A stretch of 64,000 nt of DNA, from the NCBI GenBank assembly GCA_964016885.1, contig OZ024744.1, forward strand, positions 103,726,001 to 103,790,000. Reading direction: 5' to 3'. This DNA is from Eledone cirrhosa (taxonomy: Eukaryota). The notes beneath the pieces were generated by a model. That model ran no database searches. It saw only the letters and a list, made by a program, of their open reading frames with translations, and was not told the DNA's origin. Shown here piece by piece: positions 1 through 13,134 of the stretch (positions within the stretch are counted from its first letter, which is position 1; every line of letters starts with the position of its first letter). The position numbers and the translations under genes are program-made.

Positions 1-600
1 ATCTAGATCACCATCACTAGGAAGGTTGCCATGTCCTTCATACAATTGAAGGGCCCTCCCAACCCTTTGTTTAGTAAGATTTCTACAGGTTGGTTCAATT
101 CCTATCACCCACTATTTAACAATGTGTAGTGGGTACATTTCTCATGTAGATCACAACACTAAAGAGGTTGTTGTGTCATTGATACAACTGAAGGGTCCTA
201 CCAACCCTTTTAGGTATAGTTTCTACAGCAGGGTGCTATTCATGTCGACAACCAACATTACAGAGTGTACTGGGTGCATTTACTTGGCAGTGTCACTAGA
301 GAGGTTTTCAGTCATAGTCATATTGGAAGATCCCTCTCTGCCCAGGGGATGGGGCAATATGGGAAGGAGATTGAATTGAAGTTATAGATGTATGAGGTGA
401 TTTGGCAGGGCAATGAGTAATGAGTAAGGGTTGCTGATTAGTGTATGGTGGTGTAGTGGTTTTGGGTAGTGCTTCATAGAGTGCTGGGTTGAGAGTGATG
501 GAAAGATTGGTATGGGGTGATGGTGTGATCAAAGAGACTAGGGAGAGGTTCTGGATACATGCATATATGCATGCATACATACATACATGCATACATACAT

Positions 601-890
601 AGTCCAATCTATTAATGGAACAGTAAAAATATGTAAAACATTCCCAAAATTCTGCATCTAATAACTGCATATACACATGTACAGATACAAAGCATATACA
701 CATGCACACATACAACTCAAAACATACACATCCACACATACAATAACATCCATATCTACACATACATGCATACAGACATATCTACCTAGTTGATGTTGTG
801 TAAATTCCAATGAGAGAGTCTTGTGTCTATGTTAGAAACCGACTCTCTCTCTATTGGTAACACTTTGTGAAATTATAAACCCAAAAGAAC
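601..890 (+). mobile_element. Heavily 5'-truncated R4/Dong-like non-LTR retrotransposon (ORF end and 3' UTR)
   Basis: Matches the 3' ends of the copies at 2950-3165 and 45670-45938 (INGTVKICKTF). Flanked on both sides by (CATA)n. Confidence 0.8.
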
Positions 891-913
891 ATACATACAT
901 ACATACATACATC

Positions 914-3165
914 TGCTACAGATACCTGGGGATAGATGAGAATATATCATATAATGGTATTTGTAATGGTGTTATAATGGTATAATGGTATTTGTAACAC
1001 GTAACCAGGGAATATTTCACCTGATTAATAAAAAATATGATCATCCGAAATCTCTGCGCACAATAAAACAGTGGCTCACAGTGTGATTGCTGTGCCTGTC
1101 CTAACACCAACGTTTGGAATACTCAATTGGATGATAGACGAAATCCGAGCAGTTGATGTTAGGACTCAAAAAAAACAACATCAGAAACTTCCACATCAAC
1201 AGTGACATAGACCGCCTTTACTTGAAACATAAGCAGGGCGACAGAGACCTAACATCAGTCCAGACAGCATTTGAGTGTCGCATCATATCCCTCCGACAAC
1301 ATCTACAAACCTCCAAACATAGGGGCCCATCTATTGAACAAGTCTATCTGCATGAGACAGATAAGATCATGAGAGTTGGGAAGGAAATCCTCGAGAGATA
1401 TTCCTTGTGTGATAATCAAAAACTCACACCCAGAGAAGTTGCTCAGCAGTATCGCAGTGAATCCATGGATGAAAAACTGCATGCTTATCAGCAAAAAATC
1501 ATGCATGGATAAGTTGCCAGGAAGCTTCAGAGTGAGAGTAATATAGATAAGGAAAGTAGTCTATCTTGGACCAACAATCGCTATATTGGCTCCCATTTTG
1601 AAGGATATGCTTTTGCAATCCAAGAACAGGGGATTAACATGAAATACCTGATTCACAAAAGAGATAAGGATGCAGGCAAAACACCTAGATGTGATAACAA
1701 GTGCAGACTCTGCAGAACTAACATCGAGGATATCACCCATGTCATCAGCAGCTGTCCAAAGATGTCATCGTGGTACTATCTACTATGAGGCATGATGTAG
1801 CGGCCAAAACACTGTACAATGCAATATGTAGAAAAGATAACCCATACAATAAACATATTTTAAAAGCTATAGCAATGTGGAAGACATACATATACATAAT
1901 ATGAAAAAGTACTGGTGGAATGTTCCAGTCAAAACCCCAATAAAATGCAGCCATAATGATATGGGACAGGGAAAAGAAGGCATGCATGTGTAACGGAATA
2001 CTATGTGTGGTTGTAACGATAAGTGGATGGATGGATGTAACTGTTGGTATGGTGGTTTCGATGTAAAGAAAAATACCAGGATTGTGTTGTTACAAAGTTT
2101 ATTTTATTACAACAATATTCAATTTGAATATTGAATGATAAAATAATTGACACAAAATATTCATACAATAATTTGGTGGATCTTCGAGCCACGTAAATTC
2201 AAGTATCACAGAATACGATTATAATATGTGTAAACAGAAATGAATGGTGCGTGTACAAATGCTGGACTCACTATGAATGCGTGTGTGCGGCGTATCAGTA
2301 TATTTACTTATTTGTATTGCAGGAGTCAGCGATCAGCCAGGAAGGTGAGAATAAGTGGCAGACTGGTTTTTCGTGACGAGAGCTTGTAAAAACGTCTTGT
2401 CTTGTCTGTATCTCACTTCTTTTCTACTCGAGGCGTAAACAATCCCTGTATTTATAAGAGTTGAAGTTAGAAGGATAGATATATCCTCTGAACTTTGGTT
2501 AGTCTCCCAAGGGATTAGTTTGCCAAGCGTAAACAAGTCAGAAAGATGGATATATCCTCTGACCTATTTTCTGTCAGGCGTAAACACCTCTGACCTGTGT
2601 TTAGCCTCTCCCAAGGGGTTAGTCTCTTGAGCGTAAACAAGTTACCACGGCTTGTCCCAGAGGCGGGAAAGCTCAGATTCGGTTTTGAATCTTCGCCGCC
2701 GTTATACATGCACAGTAGTGGAAGTTAGCTGCCCAGCAGATGCCAATATAATATCAAAGATTAGCGATAAGGAGAATATTTATGCAGAACTAATGAGAAA
2801 TCTGCAGATACTCCACCCTGAATATACCTTCAGATTTATACCTGTGATTATTGGAGCACTTGGGAATGTTAATAACTGCCTCAATACAAATCTTAAGAAG
2901 CTAGGCTTCACAGGAACAGAAAGAACACAACTAGTTAGGAAATTACAGGTACAATCCATTAATGAAACAGTAAAAATATGTAAAACATTCCAAATATTCT
3001 GCATCTAACAACTGCTTATACACTTGTACAGAAAAAAAGCATATGCACATGCACATATACAATAACATCCATACCTGCACATGCATGCATGCAGACATGC
3101 ATACCTAGTTGATGTGTAAATTCCAATTGGTAAAAATTCATAAAATTATAAAATCAGAAGAACAT
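914..3165 (+). mobile_element. 5'-truncated, decayed R4/Dong-like (RLE) non-LTR retrotransposon interrupted by a solo LTR
   Basis: Contains YRYLG (end of RT), DIDRLYLKHKQG, the CCHC knuckle CRLC..HVISSC, RHD and the VEVSCP..KENIY restriction-like endonuclease motifs. Begins and ends in (CATA)n. Confidence 0.85.
1987..2708. mobile_element. Solo LTR (TG...CA) with 4-bp TSD TGCA
   Basis: Termini tgtgtaacgg / ccgttataca form an imperfect inverted repeat. TGCA is duplicated at 1983-1986 and 2709-2712. Removing the insert restores aaggcatgcacagtag as seen at about 45424. Confidence 0.8.
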
Positions 3166-3227
3166 ACATACATATTGACACACACTGATATCTATGTAAA
3201 ATTGCTTCTATTTTCTTTATGATTTAG

Positions 3228-3278
3228 TCTCGTTCCAATATCCCTTGGAAATAACAGATCAGTTAGCCCTGACAGAGG
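3228..3278 (+). CDS. Candidate 51-nt phase-1/phase-1 exon, copy A (SFQYPLEITDQLALTE)
   Basis: Pyrimidine tract plus atttAG acceptor and G|GTAAGT donor. The frame is open and shared with the paralogs at 12783 and 19689. Confidence 0.5.
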
Positions 3279-3376
3279 GTAAGTTATGATTAAAACATAC
3301 TTTGAAATTCTGTTTTGTGTGTAAACATGTATTTTCTGTTGGAAGTGTTTGTATGTATAGATGTAACATGTATATA

Positions 3377-4757
3377 TCTATACTATAAAGCTGACGGCCG
3401 TATGTAGGTAACAAACCTTCTGCCAGATGGCTGGACCAAACACCACCAAATTTGCACCATAGATATAACTTTTTCCAAGTAAAAAAGTGAGGGTATTTTT
3501 GTCTACTGAATTTTGTTAAAAGATTAAAGACATTATTTAACTATTCACTTCTTTAAAATTTCAAATGTCAACACTTCCGGTTATACGTCATTCCTCACTT
3601 TTTCTTATGACGTCGCACAACATTCCCCTCTTTTTCTTAGTTTGTCTTTTTAGATAGATACATCGCTATAACGTAGCGCCCTTATAATATGTCTCTGTAT
3701 GTCTGGCTGTCTGCATTAGATAACGTTTTTCGAAATATTTACTTCTGCGTTCACAAACGGATTTTTTTACTTAAACTTTAATGTTATTTTAATATATATA
3801 TTCGTGTACAGATATTTTTGCATACACAAAAACAAAAACCTATTTATTTCACAAAACCCCAGACGGCTTATTGTCATTGTTACTGTTCGAGGTTAGAGGA
3901 CCACAGTCTTTCCAAGATCTGAGAACTATCAATGGCCATCAATGTTCCACTTACCATTTGGCTTGCCAGATGCGTGGTATGTTACACAATGACAGCCATT
4001 GGCACCTCACCCTGCAAGAAGCAGCAACTGCTAAAATCCCTTCTCAGCTGCGAAAACTTTTTGCTATTATGCTGCACAACTGCGATTTCGCCGACCCTCT
4101 CGCACTGTGAAACAACCACCGTGAAAGTCTAGCTGAGGACATCCTCCATCGCACACGGAGACACAATCCAAACGTAAGATACGATGTCGTTTTCAATGAG
4201 GCGCTCATTTGTCTTGAAAACAGTGTCCTGTAGATTGGTGGTAGGCCTCTAAGTCACTGCAGCTTACTTGCTCCTGACAGGAGTGTCCAGAGGTCAACAA
4301 CTACAGATCTTCTCTGCGAGACAAGCTACCAAATCAGTGATTCTCCTATGGTCAATTGTATGTAGGATGTTCTAGGGTGAGCTCGCGAAACAATCTCTTC
4401 ATCTTTGCTCCGGAGGACCGAACAAAAAATATTGTATACTCTGAGGTTCTAACAATGTAATTTAAATATTTTCTTTCACTTGGAATTTCCATTATGGTTG
4501 TACAAATTATTGTTTGTTAAAAAATTTGTTCTCTGTTCAGCCTTTATTGTTGTAACTATCAATTTTCTTTAACGTACTGGCTGCTGAACTGGGGAATCCT
4601 AAAAACTATTCAAACCCAACATCAGAACACGTTAACCCCTTCCCTCTCACTGACTTGAGAGGGCGTGCGGTATCTTTGCATTGGAGTGTAGGGGGGATTC
4701 CTGAAAAGATAAAATGCCGGTATACCTAGCCAGGTGCCAGCCGGACGGGCCAGCTAG
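3377..4757 (+). mobile_element. Internally deleted Helitron
   Basis: A|TC 5' end and CTAG|T 3' end after a GC-rich subterminal stretch. Rep-Hel remnant LLLFEVRGPQSFQDLRTING..QLRKLF (3871-4110) and helicase C-terminus LYVGCSRV..TKNIVYSEVL (about 4357-4460). An empty-site paralog lies at about 12940-12990. Confidence 0.85.
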
Positions 4758-5149
4758 TACTTATATGTGTGTGTATTTCCGCTTTTAAAATAGGTACACC
4801 AAATGTTGTAAGAGGTAACTAAAAGGTTTTGTGTCAGGAAGGACATCTTCCAGTAAAACCTTGTCTCAAAATATCCTGTCCACCCCATTTCTGCTTGGAA
4901 AGGTTTGTGTAAAAGATCATGATGATGATGGTATATAGATATATATATCATCAGCATTGTTAACATCTGCTTTCCTTGCTAACAAGAGTTGGACTGTTCA
5001 TATAGACCTTTGTAGTGGGGGTAGTCACTAAGATGAGGGTCTGGAGGGGGCATGGGTGAAGGGTACAGTAACGGTGAGGATAACTGATGGGTGTGCTAGT
5101 AGAAAGGAGAGTATTTCACATAGTTGAGTCAGGTCATATTGTATGTTTG

Positions 5150-6515
5150 TGGCTGGGACTTCATCATTACGGCATAGCACGAGCCCCTCACAATCCAGTT
5201 TTGAGGCTTAGCTTCTTAAGGTCACTCTTCACTACCCCTTCCTAAGTTTTCCTGGGTCTACCTCTTCCATGGGTTGTAGCTACTGGGATTGCTCTGCATT
5301 TCTTTATGCAGTGGTTATCCTCTATACATATCACATTACATCCAATTCTCTTATGTTGAGTTTTTCTCTCAGTTCACTTATACTACATCGTTCATACATA
5401 TTAACATTACATATCCATTGGAGCTTACTGGATTCATTTCTCTCCAGCCTGTTCTGATCCTGGCTATCACACATTTAATGTATCCTCCCCCACTGCTAAT
5501 TGAATCTCCTAGGTAATAAAATCTGTCGTCAACTTCTAAGTAGCCTCCTTGTTAACTGAAAGAATCTACTTCACATGTTTTTTAGTGCTTACTTCTCCTA
5601 TGTATATGCCACATACAAAGTCTATCTTTTCCGTTAATCTGTCTGCAATCCCATTACATCACTTGTGTGTCCTTAAATTACATCATGTGCACCTTATAGA
5701 CTTTCTACCCAACCCTTTCTGACATATCAAACAATGATGGTGTCACCCTCTTCTCCTCTTTCCTACTTATTAACACTTTTGTCTTTGCTAAGTTTACTTG
5801 TAGGCCTTTCCTTCCAACTACTTTTAGTATCTCAGCAACTATACCAGATGGTCCAGTTGTCTTCCCTATCTTCATGTCTTTAATTGATTTATCTACCATA
5901 GTGTTGTCAACTTTTATAGCTGGTTCCTCAGTAGGGTCTACATGGGGTAGGGCTTTGCTGTCCCACTTATTCTCTACATTCAGCAATCTCTCACAGTAAG
6001 TCTTCCATACCTTCTTTATTTTCAGCATGAGACAGGGCAAGTGCTCCACTATCATTGTGAACATACTTTTCCTCAACCACATCACAATAGTCTCTAGTGA
6101 AGTGCCTCACAATCAGAAACACATCACGCCTCTGATCTTAAAGATGCAGAACATTTACAAACTTCTACTTTTCTGCATCTGCTAAGTACATCTGGTGCTT
6201 GTCCTCTCTTCTAGCTATTTGGTATTGCTCCCTGTCTCTCTGTTTTTATTGCTCTACCTTATCATTCCACGACTATGTCACCCTCCATCTTGCTGGGACC
6301 TTGTTCCAGCTGCAAACCTGGTTTGTTGTTTCTAGCAGGATGTCCTGTAAGAAACCCCTGTTTTCCTCTATGTTATATGTCTCCATCTCTTCCTTACTGT
6401 CAAATATGTCAAGTAAGGTTTCTCTGAATATGTTACCTGCCACAGGTTCTCTTAGTTTCTAGGTCTTATTCTAAGGTCACTCTAGCCCTTATTCTAAGGT
6501 CACTGATAACTAGTC
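5150..6515 (-). mobile_element. Decayed RTE-clade LINE fragment
   Basis: ERLLNVENKWD..MKIGKTTGPSGIVAEILK and LQVNLAKTKVL. Homologous to the plus-strand copies at 25-27 kb and 30-32 kb. Confidence 0.75.
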
Positions 6516-6756
6516 TACAAGTGGGAACACCTAGAAATCTTCATATATTATGCATGAATCATAAAACGAAGAATTTGGTGTATCTGGAAGATGTTTTACT
6601 GGTTTTCTTTTTTTGTCTCAGAAACACACAACAATCTCAACCAGACAAACATCCAATACAGTCATTTTCTTTTCTCCCTGTCTTCCCGAGTGATGCTGGG
6701 TAGATCAGCTAATACTATATATTTTCAACAGTTCAAACGAGTAGCAGATAAGTACA

Positions 6757-6797
6757 CAGTCCTGATGAAGGGCAATAACCCAGAAACATGTTGACTG
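6757..6797 (+). ncRNA. Minimal type-I hammerhead ribozyme motif (Penelope pLTR type)
   Basis: cagtc-CTGATGA-a-ggg(caataa)ccc-a-GAAA-catg-tt-gactg: stem I, conserved core, stem II and a palindromic short stem III. Confidence 0.7.
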
Positions 6798-7004
6798 TTC
6801 TTCAATGATACTGTTTACCAAAAGGATGACAATGATCATCAAAAACAAAATATAGCATAATGAGGCTGTTTGCTTGCAAGCGAATCGAATATCATTATTA
6901 TTATTATTCAATATAAAACCCATAAATATATTTATGTAATCTGCCATGTTAGAGCAAAAAATCAAATTCTTATATATATATATACCCAACGGACTTCCCC
7001 AGTT

Positions 7005-8410
7005 TCTTCTTCTTCTTCTTCGCCCACTTATTCCTGAGAGGGTCGTAGGAGCAGAGTCTTCAAACACACCTTCCAGCGAGTCCTGTCAGAAGCAACTGTC
7101 TCCAGCTGATCCGGTTGGATCCATAAGCGTGACCAGCAAAGTTCATGGATGTTAAGCAACCATCTTGTTCAGGGTTTGACACTGGGTCTCTTGTGAGTTG
7201 GTTTTGCTCGTAAAATCTGTCCAGCGATTCTTTCCTGAGACATTCTCACTACATGCTCATAGTATCGCTGTGATCTCTCAATTCGAAGAAGTAGCAGCTC
7301 TACCTGGAGTGACTCTCTGATCTCCAAGCTATGCACTCTATCGAGAAATGTTACTCCAGAGACCCTTCAGAAGAACCCCAATTTGGCCGCTTGTATTTGC
7401 AATCGTATTCTTTCAGTCATTACCCAAGATTCATGGCCATAGGTGTGGGTTGGCACAAATACTGAATTGAAGATAGTGACTTTAGCTTTTACACCTACCT
7501 CCATTCTTCTGATAACTGATTACTGAAGCTGATGCATTACTGCACCAGCTCCTGCAATTCTTGTACTTATTTCAGCCTCTTGCCTTCCATTACTCATGAA
7601 CATGGCCCAGAGATATTTGAAGTTCTCCACCTGCTTCAGTGGAACTCCATTTACATGTAGTGTGCGCACTACGCAGGCTTCCTTGAGAGGACGACTGTCT
7701 CAGTTTTCACAGCACTCAGCATAAAACCTATCAAGTGCAAGGCAGAGATCACCTATCAAGAAGCACCATGTTGTCTGCAAATTCCAACCAATTGATTTTA
7801 CACCTGCCAGTCATGATACCACTCCCATCCTGGCTGTGCATGTCAATCCTGTTCATGTAAATAATGAACAGGAGAAGTGACAGTACACACCCTTGCTAGA
7901 GTCCTACTCCTACTTTAAATGGTTTCTATTTATCTGAACAGAAATAATCAGGCATTTTGTATAGGGACATCAGGGAAGCAAGAAGCTGACCATCGATCCC
8001 ATACTCCTGTAGAACATTGCACAGCAGATCCTGAAGAAAGCAGGTATATGCCTTTATGAGGTCTACAAAACAAGAATAAACCTCTTGGCAATACTTCCAC
8101 AATTTCTCAAAGACCTGCCACAGTGTGAATATTTGGTTGGCTGTGATGTGTCTGGGGTGAAAACTACAATGTTCATCAGCTAGCCTGGGCTCGACAATCT
8201 CCCTGCATCTCTTTGCCAAGCACTTAGCATAGACTTTAGTGGAGATGCTTAACAAGGAGATCCCTCTGTAAAATGGGACAATCTCTCTTGTCACCCTTTT
8301 TGATTACTATTGCTTAGGTGCCTTTCCAGAGATCCAGGCCACTTGGCACACACAACTCAGCCAGAGAATAATTTCTCTAATTATGGTTTTTAACATTTCA
8401 GGTCAGATTT
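7005..8410 (-). mobile_element. Decayed 3' portion of an RTE-like LINE (second family) with short (GAA)n tail
   Basis: YRGISLLSISTKVYAK..CFVDLIKAY RT motifs in ORF 7926-8294; (ttc)n at about 7005-7021. Confidence 0.75.
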
Positions 8411-8769
8411 CATCTTCCCCAATGATAATGGTCATATTTACATATACATTTATATATGTATATGCCTGGCAGGTTTTCTACTGCTGGATGCCCTCCTATC
8501 ATCAATCACTTTACAGCATATACTGGGTACATTTATCATGTAAATCACCAACAATAGGGACATTGTCACATCCTTAACACAGATGTAGGGTCTTCTCAAC
8601 CTTTGTCTGGCAAGCTTTCTATGACTGCATGCCCTTCCTATTGTTAACCTCTTTACAGTATCTACTGGGTGGGTGCATTTATTATGTAGATCACTGACAC
8701 TAAGGAAGTTGCCAATCCTTGACACAGATGAAGAGTTCTCCCAACCCTTTTTTTCTATATATACATAGG

Positions 8770-9890
8770 AAACAGTTCAGCTTTAATCAGTTGTATAGTA
8801 GTCAAACCGTTATAGATTGGTTTAAAGTCCTCAAATACACTAAGAAAGCTTGGTTTACATAATTTGGAATTATTGACTTTTACCCCTCGATATCCAGGAC
8901 CTTACTTGATAAGGCCCTTGATTTTGCTACTAAATTTACTAACATGGATGGTTTGGACCGATTAGTCATATCCAACTGCAGGGAAACCCTCCTCTTTAGC
9001 AATGGCGACCCATGGACAGAAAAATGCACTACCAATGAGCTATTCAATGTACCAATGGGATCATTTGATAGCACCAATATATGTGATCTGGTGGGCCTGT
9101 TTATTCTAGACACTATACAAAATAAATTCCCTGATTTCCATACGGGCCTATATCGAGATGATGGTCTGGCATTATCCAGCCATAAAAGTGGCCATGACCT
9201 GGACACCTTTAGGAAAAACTTAATTGCTAGCATCAACAGCCTTGGTTTAAAAATTACGATAGCAACCAACCTCACTAATGTTAACTTCCTAGATGTTAAC
9301 TTAGACGTACAGACACACTCATACAGACCATTCCACAAACCCAGAGAAAAACTCTGGTACATCCATAAGGACTCTAGCCACCCCCCTATAGTTTTTAAAA
9401 ACCTCATTAACATTAGTAAGAAGGTTTCAACCTCTTCTCCAGCAAAGCTACCTTTGATAGGGCACACGCTACTATAATTCAGCACTAAATAGCAGCAGCT
9501 TCTCTGAAAAAACCACATACTATCCAGATCACTGCCCTACATCTAGTAAGAAAAAACCTAGACATAAAGATGTCATATGGTTCATGCCACCTTTTTCACT
9601 GAATCTGAAAACTAATGTAACTAAAAAATTCCTAACCCTAATAGATCTCCATTTCCCTGTTGTCTATAAATACTGAAAGATATTTAATCACCATACATTA
9701 AAAATAGGATGCTCTTACACTAACAATGTTAAATCCTACATCACCAGCAAACACAAAAGCCCTCCACTGTACAGATGCTCATGTAGAAGACCAGAAACAT
9801 GCCCACTAGACCAACAGTGCAACACTCCAGTGGTGATATACCAAACAGTGATTTTTATTGAATATTGATTTGGTTTGTGTTGACTAATAC
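8770..9890 (+). mobile_element. Penelope-like element fragment (RT and Cys linker before GIY-YIG)
   Basis: PMGSFDSTNICDLVG, GLYRDDGL, VNFLDVNL and YIHKDSSHPP motifs; CSCRRPETCPL..C..VIYQ at about 9775-9845. Confidence 0.8.
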
Positions 9891-9975
9891 ATACCTTGCT
9901 AGCAAGGAAAAACAGACTTTAAATGATGGTGATGTTAATGATACATACATACTTACATATATATCTACATACATA

Positions 9976-12725
9976 TGTAGTGACCCCTAGCAGTGAAATC
10001 CAGAACTCAAGAGAGTTACGTCCCTTGGGGACTGTAGTGACCCCTAGTGTCAACAACAGAAGTAAATGGAGTTACGTCCCCATTGAGACAGCGAGAGCAC
10101 TCCACCTCTTTTTACTCGCAGCAGCCCTGGAGAACGGAGGCGCCTTCGCCTCCTTCACTTCAGCCTTCACCCACCACACGTGGAGTGCAAATACCATCCT
10201 ACTCCAGTGAACATGTTAAGAGCAACTCTTTTTACTACCAACAGCCTCATGAACCAACCACACCATTCCATCGTCAACCTTCACAAGTAGTGGTAATATG
10301 TTTATTGTCCTTTCTTTCACTTCAATGAAGTAAACCTTTGTGTATAAACCAAAAAGCCATTCTTGTTATTTCAACAACTATTATCTGTACTAATACCATT
10401 CTTCTAAAGTGGTGACCCCGACGTGATGGACTAATTGTTCTTTTTAAAAAAAAAAATGGAAAAAGAATACAAAGTGGTATTATAAAAAAAAAAAAAAAAA
10501 TTCATAGAAAACAACACGCTTTTTGCATCTGATATGGCTTCATTTACCGATCACATAAGGAAGAGAGAACTGAACTTTTTGTTAAGAACAATTATGTAAA
10601 TATTTTTCTTTCCTTCTTTTCCCTGCTAAAATTTTTGAATATATCAAGATGGCGGCTTTCTTCTCCATCAGTTTTTTTTGCGCGAAACTGTGCGCCATGC
10701 TGGTTTTTGTTTTAGGTTCTCTGTAAATGTATTGTTAATGCCATTGCTTGATTAGTCGCTCCCCTACACATTATTTCAGATGCATTTATTTTCCTGTCCG
10801 GTTGTTTGACAGAAAAAATTGTGGATTTATTTCCTTTTTCCTCGTGTTCAAGGTATTTGTTTTTACAGAGACGCATTTTGGCCGCTTACTGCACCAATGG
10901 CATCTCATTCTATTCTCCCTACTTACACGGGCGACGTTCACTCAAATGGAAGCATTTTTCGAGGCTAACAACATCGCCGAGGCACAGCAACATCCCCTCA
11001 GCCTTAGCGCATTTCCTCCGGCACTTCTCCCAATTATTAAGGATTTCGTATTGGAGATACCGACTGACGCTACTTACAAGTCGTTAAAGGCTGAAATACT
11101 CAGCCGGACTGCACAGTCCGCCGAGAAACACTTTAGAGCTCTGGTCCATTTGGAGCATATCGAGGATGGCACTCCATCGAACCTCTTACGTTAAATGAAA
11201 GACCTAACAGAGGTGTCGGCAGCGGAAACTGCATTGTTGAAGCAGTTGTTTTTCTCACGGCTACCGACCAACATTCGAGCAATTTTGGCCCCCATTAGGG
11301 ATACAAGTTCTGTGGACCAACTGGCCACCTCTGTGGACATAGTTTTTGAGGTCACGGGTGCTGGAGGCAGCGAGGCCCTTGCCGCTCTTTCTCACCCAGC
11401 TCAGGCCACACCTGGCCATGCCACTTGTGCGGCAACTCATGCAGACAGCGCAGCTATAATGGCTATGCAGAAAGCCATTCTGGAACTCACCCTGGAGCTA
11501 CAGAAGCTGAAAGCCTCTAGTGGTTTTCGTTCATGCTCACACAGCCGTGGTAGATCTTACTCTTTCAGACACGCCCCAGGTCACCAGCTTCATCTTTATG
11601 CTGGTACCACAAGCGTTTTGCTGAGAACGCAAACCACTGTGCAACCGTGTTCGTTTGTGAAGTCGGGAAACGCCAGAGAGGTTCCCTGAGAGCGGCAGTC
11701 GACCTCAGCATAAAGCTCCTAAACCGCCACTTCATCATCAAGAACCTTATGTCTGGAAGACGCTTCCTCATGGATACAGGAACCTGCTATAGTATTTGGC
11801 CGGTCCATTGCCTAAAGGATACCCCTGTGGAGTCATCCGTTACTCTGCAGGCCGTTAACCACTCACCTATAAAGATGTACGGTCAAATCTCGCTTCCCCT
11901 AAAATTCCAAAATCTTCATAGGGATTTTAAATGGATTTTTACGGTCGCTGACTTGCCTTACCCAATCTTAGGAGCGGATTTCCTCCACAATTTCTCCTTG
12001 ACTGTGGACGTCCGTGGCCAACGCCTGTTGGATGACATCACCGGATTCTCAATTCACTCCGACCGAACATTTTATTTCCACAACTGGTACTCCAGTGTTT
12101 TCACGTCCATGTCGTTTGCCGGCAGACAAGTTAAAGGCAGCACGGTCCGAGTTCAACCATATGCTGCAGCTGGGCATTATTCGCCCATCTACGAGTTCTT
12201 GGGCTTCACCATTACACATGGTGCCCAAGACTTCTGGTAACTGGAGACCCACTTGGGATTATAGAAGGTTAAACACGATGACCGTCCCGGATAGATATCC
12301 AATTCCCCATCTCCAGCGGTGAAATCCAGAACTCAAGAGAGTTACATCTCTTGGGGACTGTAGTGACCCCTAGTGTCAACAGAAGTAAGTGGAGTTACGT
12401 CCCCATTGAGACAGCGAGAGCACTCCACCTCTTTTTACTCGCAGCAGCCCTGGAGAACGGAGGCGCCTTCGCCTCCTCCACTTCAGCCTTCACCCACCAC
12501 ACGTGGAGTGCAAATACCCACCTACTCCAGTGAACATGTTAAGAGCAACTCTTTTTACTACCAACAGCCTCATGAACCAACCACACCACTCCATCGTTCA
12601 ACCTTCACAAGTAGTGGTAATATGTCCTTTCTTTGACTTCAATGAAGTAAACCTTTGTATATAAACCAAAAAGCCATTCTTGTTATTTCAACAACTATTA
12701 TCTGTTATAATACCATTCTTCTAAA
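9976..12725 (+). mobile_element. CsRn1/Kabuki-like Ty3/Gypsy LTR retrotransposon, internally deleted
   Basis: LTRs at 9976-10408 and about 12314-12725 (second one clipped at its 5' end); TSD CATA. Gag carries a CWYH..C..PC (CHCC) motif, protease FLMDTG, RT start [22 protein letters not shown]. The rest of pol is missing. Confidence 0.85.
10410..10427 (+). promoter_or_regulatory. Primer binding site complementary to the tRNA-Trp 3' end
   Basis: TGGTGACCCCGACGTGAT immediately after the 5' LTR; it is the complement of the conserved eukaryotic tRNA-Trp end ATCACGTCGGGGTCACCA. Confidence 0.85.
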
Positions 12726-12782
12726 CATACTACCTCACACCGATATCTATGTAAGATTGCTTCTATTTTCTTTATGATTTTT

Positions 12783-12851
12783 TCTCATTTCATTATCCCT
12801 TGGAAATACCAGAATTATTTTCTCAGAAAGCTAGACAGCAATCTATAGTGG
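12783..12851 (+). CDS. Candidate 69-nt exon, copy B (SFHYPLEIPELFSQKARQQSIV); homologous acceptor AG changed to TT
   Basis: G|GTAAGT donor and the same open frame as copies A and C. An alternative in-phase cAG at 12810-12812 would give a 39-nt exon. Confidence 0.4.
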
Positions 12852-13134
12852 GTAAGTTATAATTAAAACAAATTTTGAAATTCTGTTTTGTGTGTAAACA
12901 TGTATTTTCTGTTGGATTTGTTTGTTTGTATGTATAGATGTAACATGTATATATATGTGTGTATTTCAGCTTTTAAAATAGGTACACCAAATGTTGTAAG
13001 AGGTAACTAAAAGGTTTCATGTCAGGAAGAACATCTGCCAGTAAAACCTTGTCTCAAAATATCCTGTCCACCCCATTCCTGCTTGGAAAGGTTGATGTAA
13101 AAGATGATGATGATGATGACGGTATATAGATATA

